Of a stretch of 64,000 nt of DNA, positions 1 through 13,049 are shown piece by piece. Source of the stretch: Ginglymostoma cirratum. Its lineage: Eukaryota. Position numbers and translations under genes: made by a program. The notes beneath the pieces were generated by a model. That model saw only the letters and a program-made list of their open reading frames with translations, had not been told where the DNA came from and searched no databases. Location: the NCBI GenBank assembly GCA_024137785.1, contig JAHRHZ010000043.1:25838026-25902025 (forward strand), read 5' to 3'. Positions within the stretch are counted from its first letter, which is position 1; each line of letters opens with the position of its first letter.

Positions 1-480
1 TGATGGAAAACTCTACACTTGCCTGGATAGGTGCAACTCCAACAACACTCAAGAAACTTGACTCCATCCAGGCCAAAGCATCTTGTTTGATTGGCACTAC
101 ATCCGCAAATATCCAGCAGCAGCAGTGTGTACTATCTACAAGCTGCACTACAGAAATTCACCAGAGATCCTCAGACGGCGCCTTCTGACCCACAACTACT
201 TCCATCTAGAAGGACAAGGGCAGCATATATATGGGAACACCACCACCTGCAAGTTCCCCTCCAAGCCACTCACCACCCTGACTTGGAAATATATCACCAT
301 TCCTTCACTGTCAAAATCCTGGAATTCCCTCCCTAAGGGCATTGTGGGTCAACATACAGCACGTGGCCTGAAGCAGTTCAAGAAGGCAGCTCACCACCAC
401 CTTCTCAAGGGCAACTAGGGATGGGCAATAAATGTTGGCGCCATCCAGCAGCGCCCATGTCCCACTAGTGAATTAAAAAA
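1..480 (+). mobile_element. 3' end of a CR1-group LINE (family A), decayed ORF2 C-terminus plus tail
   Basis: LAWIGATPTTLKKLDSIQAKA RT C-terminal-like peptide; tail ttcaagaaggcagctcaccaccaccttctcaagggcaactagggatgggcaataaatg recurs at ~1015-1225, 34590-34730, 53620-53990 (-) and 55140-55905. Confidence 0.7.
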
Positions 481-1602
481 ACACATGGGAGCTAAATACA
501 CACTCAGGTGGTTTCCGGCACAGCTCAGTGTTTATCGGGAGCGAATATTGTGTGTAAGCCAGCTGGCAGTCCAACTGTATGTCACCGTAACTGCTCGTCC
601 TTTTCAGTCACAGGATCACACTGAGCTGCAGCGTAGCAATCGAGTGAGGGTGGTCCTGTTTTTGGCCTGAGATCTTGATTGCAGGAATTGCTGTCGTTTG
701 ATCTCTTTGTCTGTAAAGTATATAAACTAATGCTTGGTCCTTAGATATTTCAGCAAGCTGTGCATATAACATTTTTTCCACAAGAAATCTATTCGATAGA
801 CATATAATCATTAATGTAATTTTCTTAAAATGTTTAATGTACTTGAATGCAGAGATAGAAGAGAACTACCAGGATGGACATTTGGATAGCATGGAGGCTA
901 AAGTGTTTTGTACTATATGGATTTGTGATGGATGGCCTTTGATTATCAAGGATTTTTACTTGTTACACTTGTGATTTTCTTATGTGCCAAAGTCTTTTCC
1001 TATAATTTCTTGCATTGGAACTCCATCACCTGCAATTTCCCAAGCACCCATCCTGACTTGGAAATGTATCACTGTCCCTTCATTGTTGCTGGGTCAAAAT
1101 CCTGGTATTCCCTTACTAGCAGCTGTCAGTGTATCTATACCACATGGACTGCAGCTCACCACCACCGTCTCCAGGACAATTAAGGATGGATAGCAAATAC
1201 TGGCCAAGTCAGTGATATCCAATAATTGTTTTAAAAATCACAGATAACAGCATTTGATAAATGGGCAGACTAGAGAACATTACATTACTGTAGGATTTTA
1301 TACGGCCAACTTCATTCCAGAGGATTTGACCATAAAGTCAATGAGGTTTTTTTTTCTGTGCTGAAATAGCAAGCAAAGGAAATTATTGCAAAACTAACTT
1401 GTTGAGTTTATCATCCCGTTATAGCCAATATCTCCATAAACAGGAAATGCATTAAAGCATTTTAATTATTTTTGACCTATTTATACGTGGTGTGGTTAAT
1501 CAGTGGATTTCTCAAAGCGCATTGAAATAAACAGAGAGGCTTTATGGTTGCCTGCCAGTGCCTGGAGTCTAATTTATCTCTGTTCTTTCCCTCTTCCATT
1601 AG

Positions 1603-1722
1603 ATATCAATGAATGCATCAGCTTCCCTGGCACCTGTGCCCCTGGGACCTGCCAGAATTTAGATGGTTCATTCCGGTGTATTTGTCCCCTTGGCTATGAA
1701 GTACAGAATGACCACTGCATCG
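1603..1722 (+). CDS. FBN3: Fibrillin exon, cbEGF30-equivalent ([40 protein letters not shown]); gene begins upstream of window
   Basis: Polypyrimidine tract with AG at 1601-1602, donor GTAAAT at 1723, 120 nt phase 1-1 exon with six-Cys cbEGF consensus. Paralogue assignment is inferred from CTXN1 synteny. Confidence 0.95.
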
Positions 1723-2275
1723 GTAAATATAATGAATGGAAGAATGCTGAATTACTGTCATGTATCTAGAATTTGAAGTGACAGATCATTTCTCTAGAAG
1801 AAGGGTATAGAGACAGAGAACAAAAGCCACAGATCTCGAAGCGTGGTCCTTGGTATTGCCTTGAATCCCAGAGCTAACATTTTTATTCCACAGTGCAGTG
1901 GAAGCTGAGGTGACTTTGTGAATTGATGCTGTTTGCTCACATTAAGTGGCCAGCCAGCTTTGAGATTTAAGATTAAAATTATGTTTTCTAAGACAAGTTT
2001 CCCTCTCAGTTTACTTCTCCTCATCTGCATGCACTACCTCTTGTTGTTCACTGGGAACTGACTTTCAATTTTCTTCTGTGCTTTGGTTGTGACCCTTCCA
2101 TTACATTGGACCCTCATTCACTACCTTTCTGTGATGACTGTGATGTTTGTCCTTTTAATTTTGCTTCTGGTTTTTCTAACCTATGGTCATACTGTGTGTA
2201 AGTGTAAAGTAACTTCTTTTTCTTCCTTTCTCTATTCTGTAACTAAGGATTGTACCGAGATCCCTTTGTACCTAT

Positions 2276-2415
2276 AATAAAAACCGAAAGAACTGCGGAT
2301 GTTGTAAATCAGGAACAAAAACAATGTTGCTTGAAAAGCTCAGCAGGTCTGGCAGCATCTGTGAAGGGAAAAACAGAGTTAACGTTTCGGGTCCGGTGAC
2401 CCTTCCTCTTTTTTG
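2276..2415. mobile_element. Penelope-like element terminal (pLTR) fragment with 15 bp flanking direct repeat
   Basis: aaaaccgaaagaactgcggatg...gaaaagctcagcaggtctggcagcatct motif recurs at 22045, 45015, 47100 and 50441; tccctttgtacctat at 2261-2275 and 2416-2430. Confidence 0.7.
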
Positions 2416-2512
2416 TCCCTTTGTACCTATGATGGTGCTGTAAGTGCCAACATAAATTTTTCACTGTACTCATTTGAGAACATGTGACAATAAAGCTAAT
2501 TTATTTCAATTC

Positions 2513-2576
2513 AGTTCACACTCACTGCCTCTCCCTGTGATATGGAGTTCACACTCACTGCCTCTCCCTGTGATAT
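2513..2576. repeat. 33 bp tandem duplication (agttcacactcactgcctctccctgtgatat x2)
   Basis: Read directly from the sequence. Confidence 0.9.
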
Positions 2577-2919
2577 AGGGTCCATCAGTTTTGAGTGTTC
2601 TTCAGTCTACATTCCAAATAGGCATTCCTTCTGAAGACAGGTGAACATGTGCACAATGCTCCATGGTGGGCTTAATGCAACACAGCCAATGCTGTTCCTG
2701 CCCATTGTTCACACAAACCCGATTCATCCATAGGTCAGTGGGCAGGCAGTGTCTGCCAAGAGGGATTCTGTTTGTACAAATATACTGATTAGATGAAAAG
2801 TATCCAGATTTTTAAAAAATTGTTTGTGCCCAATCTTGTTAAGCCTACACATGAGAACTCAGCGACTTAGTTGTTTAACTGCGCTAATTATATTCCAGTC
2901 TTCTATTGAATAGTAGTTA

Positions 2920-3250
2920 TTCACTCATGGGGTACAGGTGTCACTGGCCAGGCGAGAATTTATTGCCAATCCCTAATTGCCCAGAGGGTAATTAAAAGTA
3001 TAGGGTTGGAGTCACATGTAGGCCAGGTAAGAATGGTAGATTCTCTTTCCTAACGGGCATTAGTGAACCAGATGGGTTTTTAGGACAATTATCAATGGCT
3101 AAATGGTCACCATTAGGCTAGCTTTTTAGTACAGATTTGCCCATTGAATTCAAATTTCACCGTCAGCCCTGGCAGGATTTTAATCCACGACCTGAGGTTT
3201 GCCCAAGGGTCTGGATTAACAATCCAGTGACATAACCCTTGTACCAATCC
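2920..3250 (-). mobile_element. tRNA-derived SINE (family A, same as 34789-35150)
   Basis: Reverse complement aligns by eye with the SINE at 34789-35150 and with 16540-16880. Confidence 0.75.
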
Positions 3251-3302
3251 TAAATCAGCTTGGATGAGGCTGTTCTTGATTTGCTATCTTCTTTGTTTAC
3301 AG

Positions 3303-3428
3303 ATATTAATGAATGTGAGGAGGATCCTAACATCTGTCTGTTTGGCTTCTGTACTAATACACCTGGAAGCTTCCAGTGTAACTGTGCCCTAGGATTTGTT
3401 CTCTCGGAAAATGGAAGGAGATGCTTTG
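3303..3428 (+). CDS. FBN3: Fibrillin exon, cbEGF31-equivalent ([42 protein letters not shown])
   Basis: tttacAG acceptor, GTAAGT donor, 126 nt, cbEGF consensus; absent from the ORF track. Confidence 0.95.
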
Positions 3429-3558
3429 GTAAGTGAGCCTGAAATCTAAACCTCTGCAGCTTGGATCCTCATATATGGTCTACCTCTTTGGGTGCACATG
3501 TTACTTAACTAATACATACATAATCTGGTAAATGGTATTTAGCCAGTAAGTGTGCCAC

Positions 3559-3577
3559 TGTGTGTGTGTATATATTT

Positions 3578-3608
<31 letters not shown>

Positions 3609-3622
3609 GTATATGTTTATGT
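3559..3622. repeat. (TG)n/(TA)n microsatellite
   Basis: Read directly from the sequence. Confidence 0.9.
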
Positions 3623-3959
3623 ACCAGGACAGAATTATATCTGTTAAATTGACCGAGATTGTTTTCATATCTAGCCAGAAAATATCTACGTTATTTTGGT
3701 AGGAGTGCCTTGAAGATGGTGGGCATCTGATTGAAAGGCTGCATGAAAAGAGTGTGGAATCAGAGGCTGTGGGAATATTAGGGATGTGCAGTTTAGGTGG
3801 GTTAGCTACAGTTAAAAAAAACCTTGCAGGAATTACAAAATCGGGGGGAGTAGATCTGGCTAGGATGCTCTTTGTAGGGTCTGTGCAGACTCAGTAGACT
3901 GAATGGCCTCTTTCGCACTGTAGGGATTTTCTGATTCTGTGATATTTAGGGGATGACAA

Positions 3960-4465
3960 TGGTACTGTAGGATTACCTGAGCAGGATAAGAAGAAGTAAT
4001 GAATGAAGATAATTAGTAAATAGAAACCTATATAAAATTATAAAATGGAAATGAAAGTAGAAAAGTCGTCAAGATAAGATGATTTGCATCCTAGAATGTT
4101 CATGGGGAAGACATCACTGGCATTAAGATAATGTCAAAGGATTGTCTTTTACAAGATTGGAGACTAGGTAGAACCCAAATTTACTCCTAATGTACGTAGG
4201 TTCTGCTGAATCCCTGAAATGTATATTGGTTAGAATTCCGGGCTTAATCTGGGAAAACAGACAGTTTAGAACTGTCTTCCATAAACGGCGGTGAATGCTG
4301 AATCAGTTGTTAATTTTAAATCTGCAATAAGTAATTTTTTGTTAAGCAAAGATATTATGGGATATGGGCCAAAGGCAAGTATGTGGAGTTAGAGCCACAG
4401 ATCAGCCAATGAATGGTGGAACAGCCTGAAGAGGCTGAGTGGCCTACTCCTGTTCCTATGTTCCT
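3960..4465 (+). mobile_element. CR1 LINE fragments with 3' end
   Basis: CR1-type 3' end gatcagcca...aatggtggaacagcctgaagaggctgagtggcctactcctgttcctatgttcct. Confidence 0.65.
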
Positions 4466-5393
4466 GTTGAGGGGTGGATGGAAGACTTTGCTAAGATTAC
4501 TCATACTAGAATTCGACATAAGGGATGAAAACTAGTTAGCTGAGGTTCCTGCAGCAAAATCAGACCACCCAGATGAAATAAGTCTCTCTTCGTGCTCTTA
4601 CCCTCCACTAATGTTGGACCCTACAATTCTATGTCTATATATTAGTTGAGAAACCATTCTGCTCCCTCTCTTCCCTCCCCCGACACAATTAGACATTTGG
4701 GTCTAGATATTAACAAGGCCAGGTTACAGACGCATGGTGATGGACATTGAATGGGAAGCATTCTAACTCTCATCATGCCTTTTTTAGCCCCGTCAGATTC
4801 TCCTCTCAAAAGTCACCCTGATTGAATGGGGAGAATTTTGGAGCAGGCAGCAGAATGGGATGGGTCTATTCCATCACCCTGGAGCTGTTTGAAATCTGAC
4901 ATCCAGATCTTGGGGGACTTCTGTTCCTTACTTTCTCTCTGAAACCACCCTTACCTCCTTCAGTCTGGGAAACCTGGCTATCCATTGGAACCCTGTGAAA
5001 CAAGTCAATCAGAGGCTGACATTCTAATATTTAAAAAGGAAACCTTTGCTGCCCGTCCCTCATCCCTGTAAATCCTACAGAAGCAACATTCTTCAACTTA
5101 TATTTTGTGACCTGACCCTAATCCTCTGTTTTGAGAATAAAACTCCCTCCCCTGTTTCTAAAACTTAGACACAGAAACATTAGCAAATCACAGTACCAAG
5201 CTGCCGGTTACTTCACTCAAATTTAGATGAATGAAAGATATAGTTCATTTCAATAATGCTGATTCTTTTGAAGTGAAACTTTGCAATTGTTAAGCAAGGA
5301 TCAATCCACCTTCTGCTGGGTGTATCAGTGCAACCTGTGAGCTGTTGAATATTTCATGTAAGATTTATTATTTATTGGATTCTAACCTTTCAG

Positions 5394-5546
5394 ATACCAG
5401 GCAGAGCTTCTGCTTCACCAGATTTGATAACGGCAAGTGTTCGGTACCCAAGGCCTTCAATACAACCAAAGCCCGCTGCTGCTGTAGCAAGATGCCAGGG
5501 GAGGGCTGGGGTGACCCATGTGAACTTTGCCCTCAGGAAGAAGAAG
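5394..5546 (+). CDS. FBN3: Fibrillin exon, TB6 domain N-terminal part ([51 protein letters not shown])
   Basis: tttcAG acceptor, GTAGAT donor, 153 nt, CCC motif of the 8-Cys TB domain. Confidence 0.95.
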
Positions 5547-5819
5547 GTAGATTTCCATTTTGCCATCAGTTAAATGGTATTTGCAGTATTACTAAGGATT
5601 TGAGATATATATGCGTGCGCCTCTTGCATGGTACCTGGACAATATTGGTTCTTATCATCCCAAATATAAGCCTGGAATTTCCGAAGAGCCATTCTCACCT
5701 CACAGCCATAGCTTCACGGACAAGCACTGGAAATCTAGTTTACTCGTGATTGTGTAACCCCAAGGAAATTCCACACTGAATGAAAATTCAGGAAGGCTCA
5801 GTACAACATTCCATTTTCA

Positions 5820-7360
5820 CCCTTTTCAGAAGTAACGTTAATGAGAAAACTGATTAACCTGACTAAAGACTGAAGAAAAGAAGGAGAAAAATGAAGCTGT
5901 TTTGTAGATTTTAAAGGATCAGTAGATAAAATCTATAATGATGATCTTCCAAAGTTTTCTGGATTTGGGAACCTTTGCTTTAGAATAGGAAATTGTGCAT
6001 CACTCTGCTATTTAAAATAGATGAGCAAAGGAAGCCCTTTCCAGGAAATTACAGGCTAGGTAGTTTTACCATCTGTTGTCGTAAAATTACTGAAGTTTAT
6101 AATTAAGAATTGACTAACCGATACCTTGAAAGATTTCAGCAGATCGGAGAAAATCAGCGTGGATTCGTAAGGGGTAGAACTTGCCTGACAAACCTAACTG
6201 GATGTTTTGAAAGGGTCTATGTAAGATAGGTGTTATTTGTGTGGACGTGCAAGAGGCATTTTGACAAAGAGATGGTTAGATCAAATGGAAGTTCAGGAGA
6301 ATGAGTGCAAATCACTAATTTGGTTAGAAAATAGGCTGAGTGACAGGAGTCAGGAAGGATAATGGGCAGGTCCTCTGATTGGCAGAATATGACTTGTGGT
6401 ATCGTACAAAGGGTTATTGGGACATTAACTGTTCGTTGCATTCATTTATAACTTGCGTAATGGGATAGAAGGCCACATATTCAAATTTGCTGATGACTCA
6501 ATTATTGGCAGCATCATAAACAGTACAGATGAAAGCATAAAATTGCTAAGAGATGGTAATTGATTAAATGACAGTGCAAAACTGTAGCAAATGGATATCA
6601 ATTTAGATAAATGGCATTCATTTTGGACCTAAGAAGAATAGAACTGGGTGTTTTCTAAATAGTGAAAGTCTAGAAACAGTGGAAGACTGTGGAGACCTGG
6701 GTTACAGGTGCATAGACCATCAATATATCATGAATCAGTACAGCAAATAATCACAAAATGTGTTGGAATTCAGATCTTTATAACCAGAGAACTGGAATAC
6801 AAGGGCGCAGAGTTTACACTCAGTTATATAAAGCCCTAGTTCGGCCACACCTGGAGTATTGTCATCAGCTCTGGGCAAAGCACATTAAGAAAGATATATT
6901 AGAGTGAGAGCAGTTTAAATGTAACAGAAGGAAACCTGGACTCCAAAGCTTGTATTACCAGGTGAAATTGCACATATAAACTAAAGATACATTCCCTGGA
7001 ATTAGGCAGTTAAGGTGTAGCTAAATCAAAGTTTTCAAGTGTGATGGATAAAGGAAGCTGTTTCTACTGGTTGGGGAATCTAGGACTAGAAAATATACTC
7101 CAGAAATTAGAGGCAGGGCATTCAGGAGTGACATTAGGAAACACTTTTACACGCAAAAGGTGGCTGAAGTTTGGAACACTCTTTGACAAATCATAATAGG
7201 TGCCTGAGCAATTTGTGATTGATCATTTTTGTTAACCAAAGATATAAAGAGATAAGAGGCAAAGGCAAGTATATGGAGTTAGATCACATATTAGCCATTA
7301 TGTCACTGAATGATAGAACTGGCATGAAGGACCAAGTGGTGACTCCTATTCCTATGTTCA
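5820..7360 (+). mobile_element. Decayed CR1 LINE ORF2 (RT) plus 3' end
   Basis: Degenerate RT landmarks (NYRL, HGF.KG, KFADD, RPHLEYC) and ctcctattcctatgttc tail. Confidence 0.8.
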
Positions 7361-7695
7361 CAGTCTGTACATAATCAGTGGCCGAGAAACACAAGGACTT
7401 CCGAATCATATAAAAGCACTTATTGGATCAAGGGAAAGAGCATATTTTCATTAATATACAAACATCAGTGTTAAATTAAGAAACACAGAAAAGGAAGGTA
7501 ATACGAGCCATTTTTTAAGAAGCTGTACTCTGCAGAGTGCTCTGCAAATTCCTCCATTGTTTGTGGGTCTAACAGGTTCGGTTGCTGTAATTTATTTTCA
7601 TTGTACCATTCTGTAAAATCACACATTATTTTTGCTAATATAGAGATAGACATTTAATTGTTTCTGCTTTTACTGAGTTTATTTTTCTTCTCCAG

Positions 7696-7761
7696 TTGCT
7701 TTCCAGGAGCTGTGTCCTTACGGTCACGGTGCAATCCCTGGCATTGGTGATACCCGTGAAG
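7696..7761 (+). CDS. FBN3: Fibrillin exon, TB6 domain C-terminal part ([22 protein letters not shown])
   Basis: ttctccAG acceptor, GTACCT donor, 66 nt; completes TB6 as in the split-TB6 exon structure of vertebrate fibrillins. Confidence 0.92.
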
Positions 7762-8691
7762 GTACCTGCCTTTCAGTATCTATGTGTAAAATTCACCAAA
7801 CCCAGCTTTGTAACTAAAATAAATATCATTAAGCAACAGTAAAGAAAATCAAAAATCTAAGATATAGAAGATCAGATTAGGTATAATTCCTGCTTTCACT
7901 AATACAACACAAGAACTGTTTCCTTCACATCGAATTAAAATCAACAGACAATCCTGAATTTTCAATTTCATTTATTTGTCTTGTGATTTCCATTTGTTAA
8001 TTACTTTCTAAATCATTTTCATTTAGACTTTGATTCTTTGTAAACTTCAAACTGGAGGTGAGCCATTTTTGCTGATATTTATGCAGCTCGGCCTGTCAGA
8101 AACTATTGACTTGAAAAAGGAGAGACTATCAAACAGCTGTGAATAACTAATGAACTAAACCAAATCTGTAGCAATTGTTGAAAAGTAATTGATAGAGCAT
8201 ACAAATCATCCAAGGCAGTGGTTAGGAGGCGTAGTGGGGTTGTCTGTGTGGATACACATATGTGTGTTTTCATCAGGAGGAATGTCATTGTAAACTCAGC
8301 ACGAATAGGTCCTCTCTGTCTCTGAGTAAGTGCTTTTACAGAGGTTTTTGTTTCCAGAATCACAGTAAAGAACATAATGTGAAGTTTAGAAGATTACTCT
8401 AAATGGACAAGTTGTCTCCGGCTCACCATATTACCCTTCCATAATGATATCTATGTATTTTAGATATTCCTAGATATTTCAAGCAAAGATTGTCTGTGCT
8501 ACCCACTCTTAATATGGTTAAACATTGCTGAAATCATTCAAGCCTTATGTCTATCTGTACAGTGAGACTAGTCACAGTATTCTAGCTTCTGCTGTTCTTT
8601 ACCATATACCCAAAGCTTACCAAGATAAATGTTGCATTGAATTGACTGATTAAATACAGACCTCCTGATATTTTTTGTTTTCCTCTTTAAG

Positions 8692-8817
8692 ATGTGAATG
8701 AATGTGTCGAAAACCCTGGAATCTGTGTTAATGGACATTGTATAAACACTGACGGTTCTTTCCGATGTGAATGTCCATTTGGATATAGCCTAGATTTCAC
8801 TGGAGTTAACTGCGTTG
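8692..8817 (+). CDS. FBN3: Fibrillin exon, cbEGF32-equivalent ([42 protein letters not shown])
   Basis: ctttaAG acceptor, GTGAGT donor, 126 nt. Confidence 0.95.
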
Positions 8818-10229
8818 GTGAGTTTCTCGAAGTGATGAGTCTCATTTGAAGAAAATCTGTGTATAGGAGCACAAATTGAGAATTAGAGATGAAGCACAAG
8901 ACGTTTTAGGAATGTTTTCACATGAAAGTCTATTAAATACGGAACCCGTTACCACGGGGGTCCTGAGACAATCACAGTATTAAAGTGATAGATAAACATG
9001 TGAAGAGGAAACATATTAATGTGCAGCAGGCAGAAATAGAGAAACAAAATAAAAGTAAACATCTCTGACATGGAGCTACTGCTGGCTCAGGTAAAAGGGA
9101 CTTCTGCTGCTCTGAAACCAGCACGGTATTGTGATCATTAATAAGATGAGGAGTTCTCAGGCTCAGGGCTCACCCCAGTACTGTGACTGGAACTGGGGCT
9201 GTGACCATGACTGGTACCATAGACTGGGTATAACAGCTGTCAATAATATACTTAGCCTGTCTGATACACTGACCATCTGATGTTGAGGGTAAAATCCATG
9301 AAATGCTGAATGAATTGTTCAGTATCAATGTGCCGTGGGGACTAGTGTAGACTCTTCACACACAATCCCTGCTGACCGGATAGCTGGCACAGGGCATTTC
9401 ATTGGGCAGGAGAGTTACTGGTGTCCATCCCTCCAGCATCCTGCCTCTACCCTGATTGTGTTTGTAGCTGTAAGGTCCACGGGTGACCATCCCTCCTTCC
9501 TGTAAACTGAGGCACTGAATGGGCAATTACCTACCCCTTAAGGCCCTCATCCCACTCAAGCTAGTATTAAACTGGCTACTGGCAGAGGAAGGGAGGCCTG
9601 AGGAGAGCCATTGTCTCAGTCTTTAGCTGCTGAACCCCTCCTCTCTGTGACTGCCACCCTGTGATGCCCACTTGTCACCACTCACCTGGGGTCCAGTGTA
9701 CTCAGCCTCAGTGTGTGCCACCTAATACCACTGATCTCCCAATGCCACTGTACCCAGAGCCTCTGCCTCCCCAGAGCTCATACCTCCCTGTGCCACTGTC
9801 CCCCAGTACCCTTGCCTCCCCAATGCCACTGCCCCTCAGTGTCCCTGTCCCCCCACAGTGCCAGTGCCCCCAGTTCCCCTTCCCCCTCAGTTCCACTACC
9901 CCCCAGTGTCACTGTCTCCCCAATGCCACTGCCTGCCCAGTGCCACAGCCGTCAAGCAGCCCTCAGCAAAATGGACTTCCAACCCAGGGTTTTTTGATCC
10001 CAGTGCAGTTTTGGCACTGTCCAGTTAGGAGTCTCGCTGACACTCAATTGGGTGACCCTTATGTAATAAGTCAACACAGGGTCTCACTGGTTTCCCAGCC
10101 AATGAGCTAGAGCCTAGTTACTTCCATTAAGTATCATCGCAGAGTCTGTAGCCCAGCAGACCTGCTTCAGTTATGTGTGGAAAGTGGGAAACAGTAAAAG
10201 GATCCTCGCAGGGAAATTGAGGGCTGAAA

Positions 10230-10380
10230 ATATGTAGGAATATATGAAATAGGAGCAGATGTAGATCGCTCATAGGCCACTCATGCCTGGTCCACTATTC
10301 AATAAGATCATGGCTGATCTGTTTGTGTTCTGAATTCCACACTCCCACCTCCCTCTGATAACCCCCAAATCCCTATGCTA
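10230..10380 (-). mobile_element. CR1 LINE 3' end
   Basis: gaaataggagcag...attcaataagatcatggctgatct is the reverse complement of the CR1 3' end seen at 4400-4465 and 28120-28205. Confidence 0.65.
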
Positions 10381-11387
10381 GTTCCCTACTTCCTCACTCT
10401 TTTGGTATACTCCTATTCTGTGCTCTTTAATTCCTATTTTCTCCCTTTTGATGATTTCCTGTTTGTTATGATCTCGGCAGAGACAAATATTTCTTAAACA
10501 ACTTTTGAATTTCCAGTAAATGTCTGAAGAATCCATTCGGAAGATGTCAAGTTTTGTGTCTTCACTGTAACTAACAAACTAAAAGCAACATTGAATAAAC
10601 ATAACTTTTATACGCAATTTAAGTTTAAATCTACAAAAAAGACTTTAAACCGTTCAACTTTTACAATGACTAAAAAGCTCTTTCCATTCATTACCCTATC
10701 TTTTAAATGAATACTTCATTCTCCAGGGACCAGTTCAAACCTATTTTCAGCTCCCAATGGCTAACATTCCTAATACCTCCCTGTTAGACTTGGAGTCCAT
10801 TCATAGTCATCACAGGTGCCCTTGCTATTGTTCACAGATATTTTTAACAACAAAGAACTCAAGGTTGTTGTCAGATAGAACCAAAAACATTTCATATGAT
10901 CCTCTTCATTCCTTTACATACCCCAACTTATGTAGTCAGTCCGAGACTGTCACAACTTTATAAAGATGAGATAACAAGCATGGGGCTTTATAAATGTTGG
11001 ATTTGCAACACTATTCATAGCTTCCTACTTCTGTCCCTCATGCTTCTGCTTTTATCCTAATATTTCACTCTAGTTGTCTTTTCATAGTTCCTTAACCCTC
11101 TGGCCTCTTGCCAACCCTTACTTTCCTGGCTTTTCCCTAATTCCTCAATCCACAGTTCTCTCATTTCCTTGCCACCTGTTCCTTCACCCATCCCCAAAGG
11201 ATATTAAGCCATATAGGAGCAACCGTGAGCTCTAGATAAATCTTGACTTGTCCCTCCTGCAATACATATGCATTGTTGATTGAAGCTTTGGATCAGGAAT
11301 TGCACATAAACAGAATGCAGGGGGGTCTTTCCAGTCGAACTCTGAGATACGTCATTATGCAAGACTGAGTGCGATCTTTGTGTCTAG

Positions 11388-11507
11388 ATACTGATGAATG
11401 CACCATTGGTAACCCGTGTGGCAACGGAACTTGCAGCAATGTCATTGGAGGGTTTGAGTGCGCGTGTGATGATGGATTTGAACCTGGTCCGATGATGACT
11501 TGCGAAG
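11388..11507 (+). CDS. FBN3: Fibrillin exon, cbEGF33-equivalent ([40 protein letters not shown])
   Basis: tgtctAG acceptor, GTAAGC donor, 120 nt. Confidence 0.95.
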
Positions 11508-11793
11508 GTAAGCCAAACATTATAGTGACTCAATTGCACGACATTTCTGGGGAGAAATTTGTGCTGTTGCTTTGGAGCAGGTACTGGTAAAGGTTAATTT
11601 TGTAGCGGATACTGGCGACATTCGGTTTGAAGCAGGTCTAATATTCAAACAACAAATCCTGCAGAATTTCATTCTCTGCACAGTGCGTCAGGTGGGCACC
11701 TGGAACATGTAAACCAACCCCAAGAGCTGGCATAAGAAGCTTCAGGTGGATAATCAGAAAGTGTGATGTACAATATTTTGTTTGTATTTTTAG

Positions 11794-11916
11794 ATATCAA
11801 TGAGTGTTCCCTCAATCCCCTGTTGTGTGCATTTCGCTGCATCAACACCTATGGTTCATATGAGTGCACTTGCCCAGGAGGGTACACTCTGAGAGATGAC
11901 CGCAAGATGTGCAAAG
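11794..11916 (+). CDS. FBN3: Fibrillin exon, cbEGF34-equivalent ([41 protein letters not shown])
   Basis: tttttAG acceptor, GTAAGT donor, 123 nt. Confidence 0.95.
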
Positions 11917-12826
11917 GTAAGTGAAGGCATGAAGGTGCTGAGCACGGACCAGATACCAAATATCAGCCTTCTCTAAATTAGCTTTACAATTTGATTGGAA
12001 ACTCTATTTAGAAAAAAATAAGTATCAGCGATTTAACAGATTTGCTGGCAACAATTATTAATACTGACAATAATGTGAATTATTTTAACACCAGCCAGAC
12101 AAAATGACTGCTCAGGCAATTATATAAGCAATAGCCAGGAAAATGCACCAAATCTCTGGTACACCTAGCAAAACCAGCTGTGGAATGACCAATTCCAGAT
12201 GTGTATGCAATTATTAATTCATGACTGTGCAGTGATTCAGAACCAATTCAATCCATTATCACTTGTAGAGTGATCTGCTCCAGATGTGGAGTGATCTGCC
12301 CCAGCTGTGGAGTGACCAATTCCAGGTTCAATGTAATCCAATATAAATTCAATCTAAATGGCCCAACAAACATTTTGCAAATTCATAACCTGACCCAAAC
12401 CTGATAACAGCCTGCACAACTGACTGAATGAAGTTACAACTGACAAATTCAGTTCTTTTATGATAGAGCAGTCAGTCACGTAGGTATGATTAAATTTATA
12501 ATTGTTAGCCTGTTTCAGATGTGAATCATGTACGCAATGACTGAGCTTAATGTTTGTAACGTCATGCACTGGAGAGTTCAAAAATTTTAGTTATCTGAAT
12601 GATTCACTTCCATTCTGTTGTAGCTCACTAGTTTATTCACAAACACTCAACATTCCAATATTGTCCCAAACACTTGGCAATTTTTGATAAAGCTGATACA
12701 CTGGACAGCAATTCAACCATAAATGAGTGTATGTTATTGTGAATGGGTGGAGAGTTGGTGCAGGGGAGTTGGGGGTCTGAGAGGGAGGTTTATGCATTGC
12801 TGACTTGTGCTAATCCCTAATTGCAG

Positions 12827-12958
12827 ATTTGGATGAGTGTTCAGAAGGATTACATGACTGTGAGTCCCGAGGAATGATATGCAAGAACTTGATCGGCACT
12901 TTCATGTGCATCTGCCCACCAGGAATGATGCGCAGACCAGATGGAGAGGGCTGCATGG
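12827..12958 (+). CDS. FBN3: Fibrillin exon, cbEGF35-equivalent ([44 protein letters not shown])
   Basis: ttgcAG acceptor, GTACAT donor, 132 nt. Confidence 0.95.
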
Positions 12959-13049
12959 GTACATCTTCCTATCTGTGTGTGTGTGTGCGCGCGCGCATGT
13001 CCATCCACTTGTCTGTCTCTAACTATATGCCTGTCTGTCTTGTTTTGTA

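Noticed and set aside
9661-10110. 149 aa Pro/Gln/Cys-rich ORF that might be a fibrillin proline-rich insert
   Set aside because: Low-complexity tgccactg/cccagtg degenerate repeat with no convincing splice sites; the flanking cbEGF exons already join in frame
12170-12330. Short 21 bp degenerate tandem repeat (tgatctgc.ccag.tgtggag)
   Set aside because: Only two to four decayed units and nothing suggesting function
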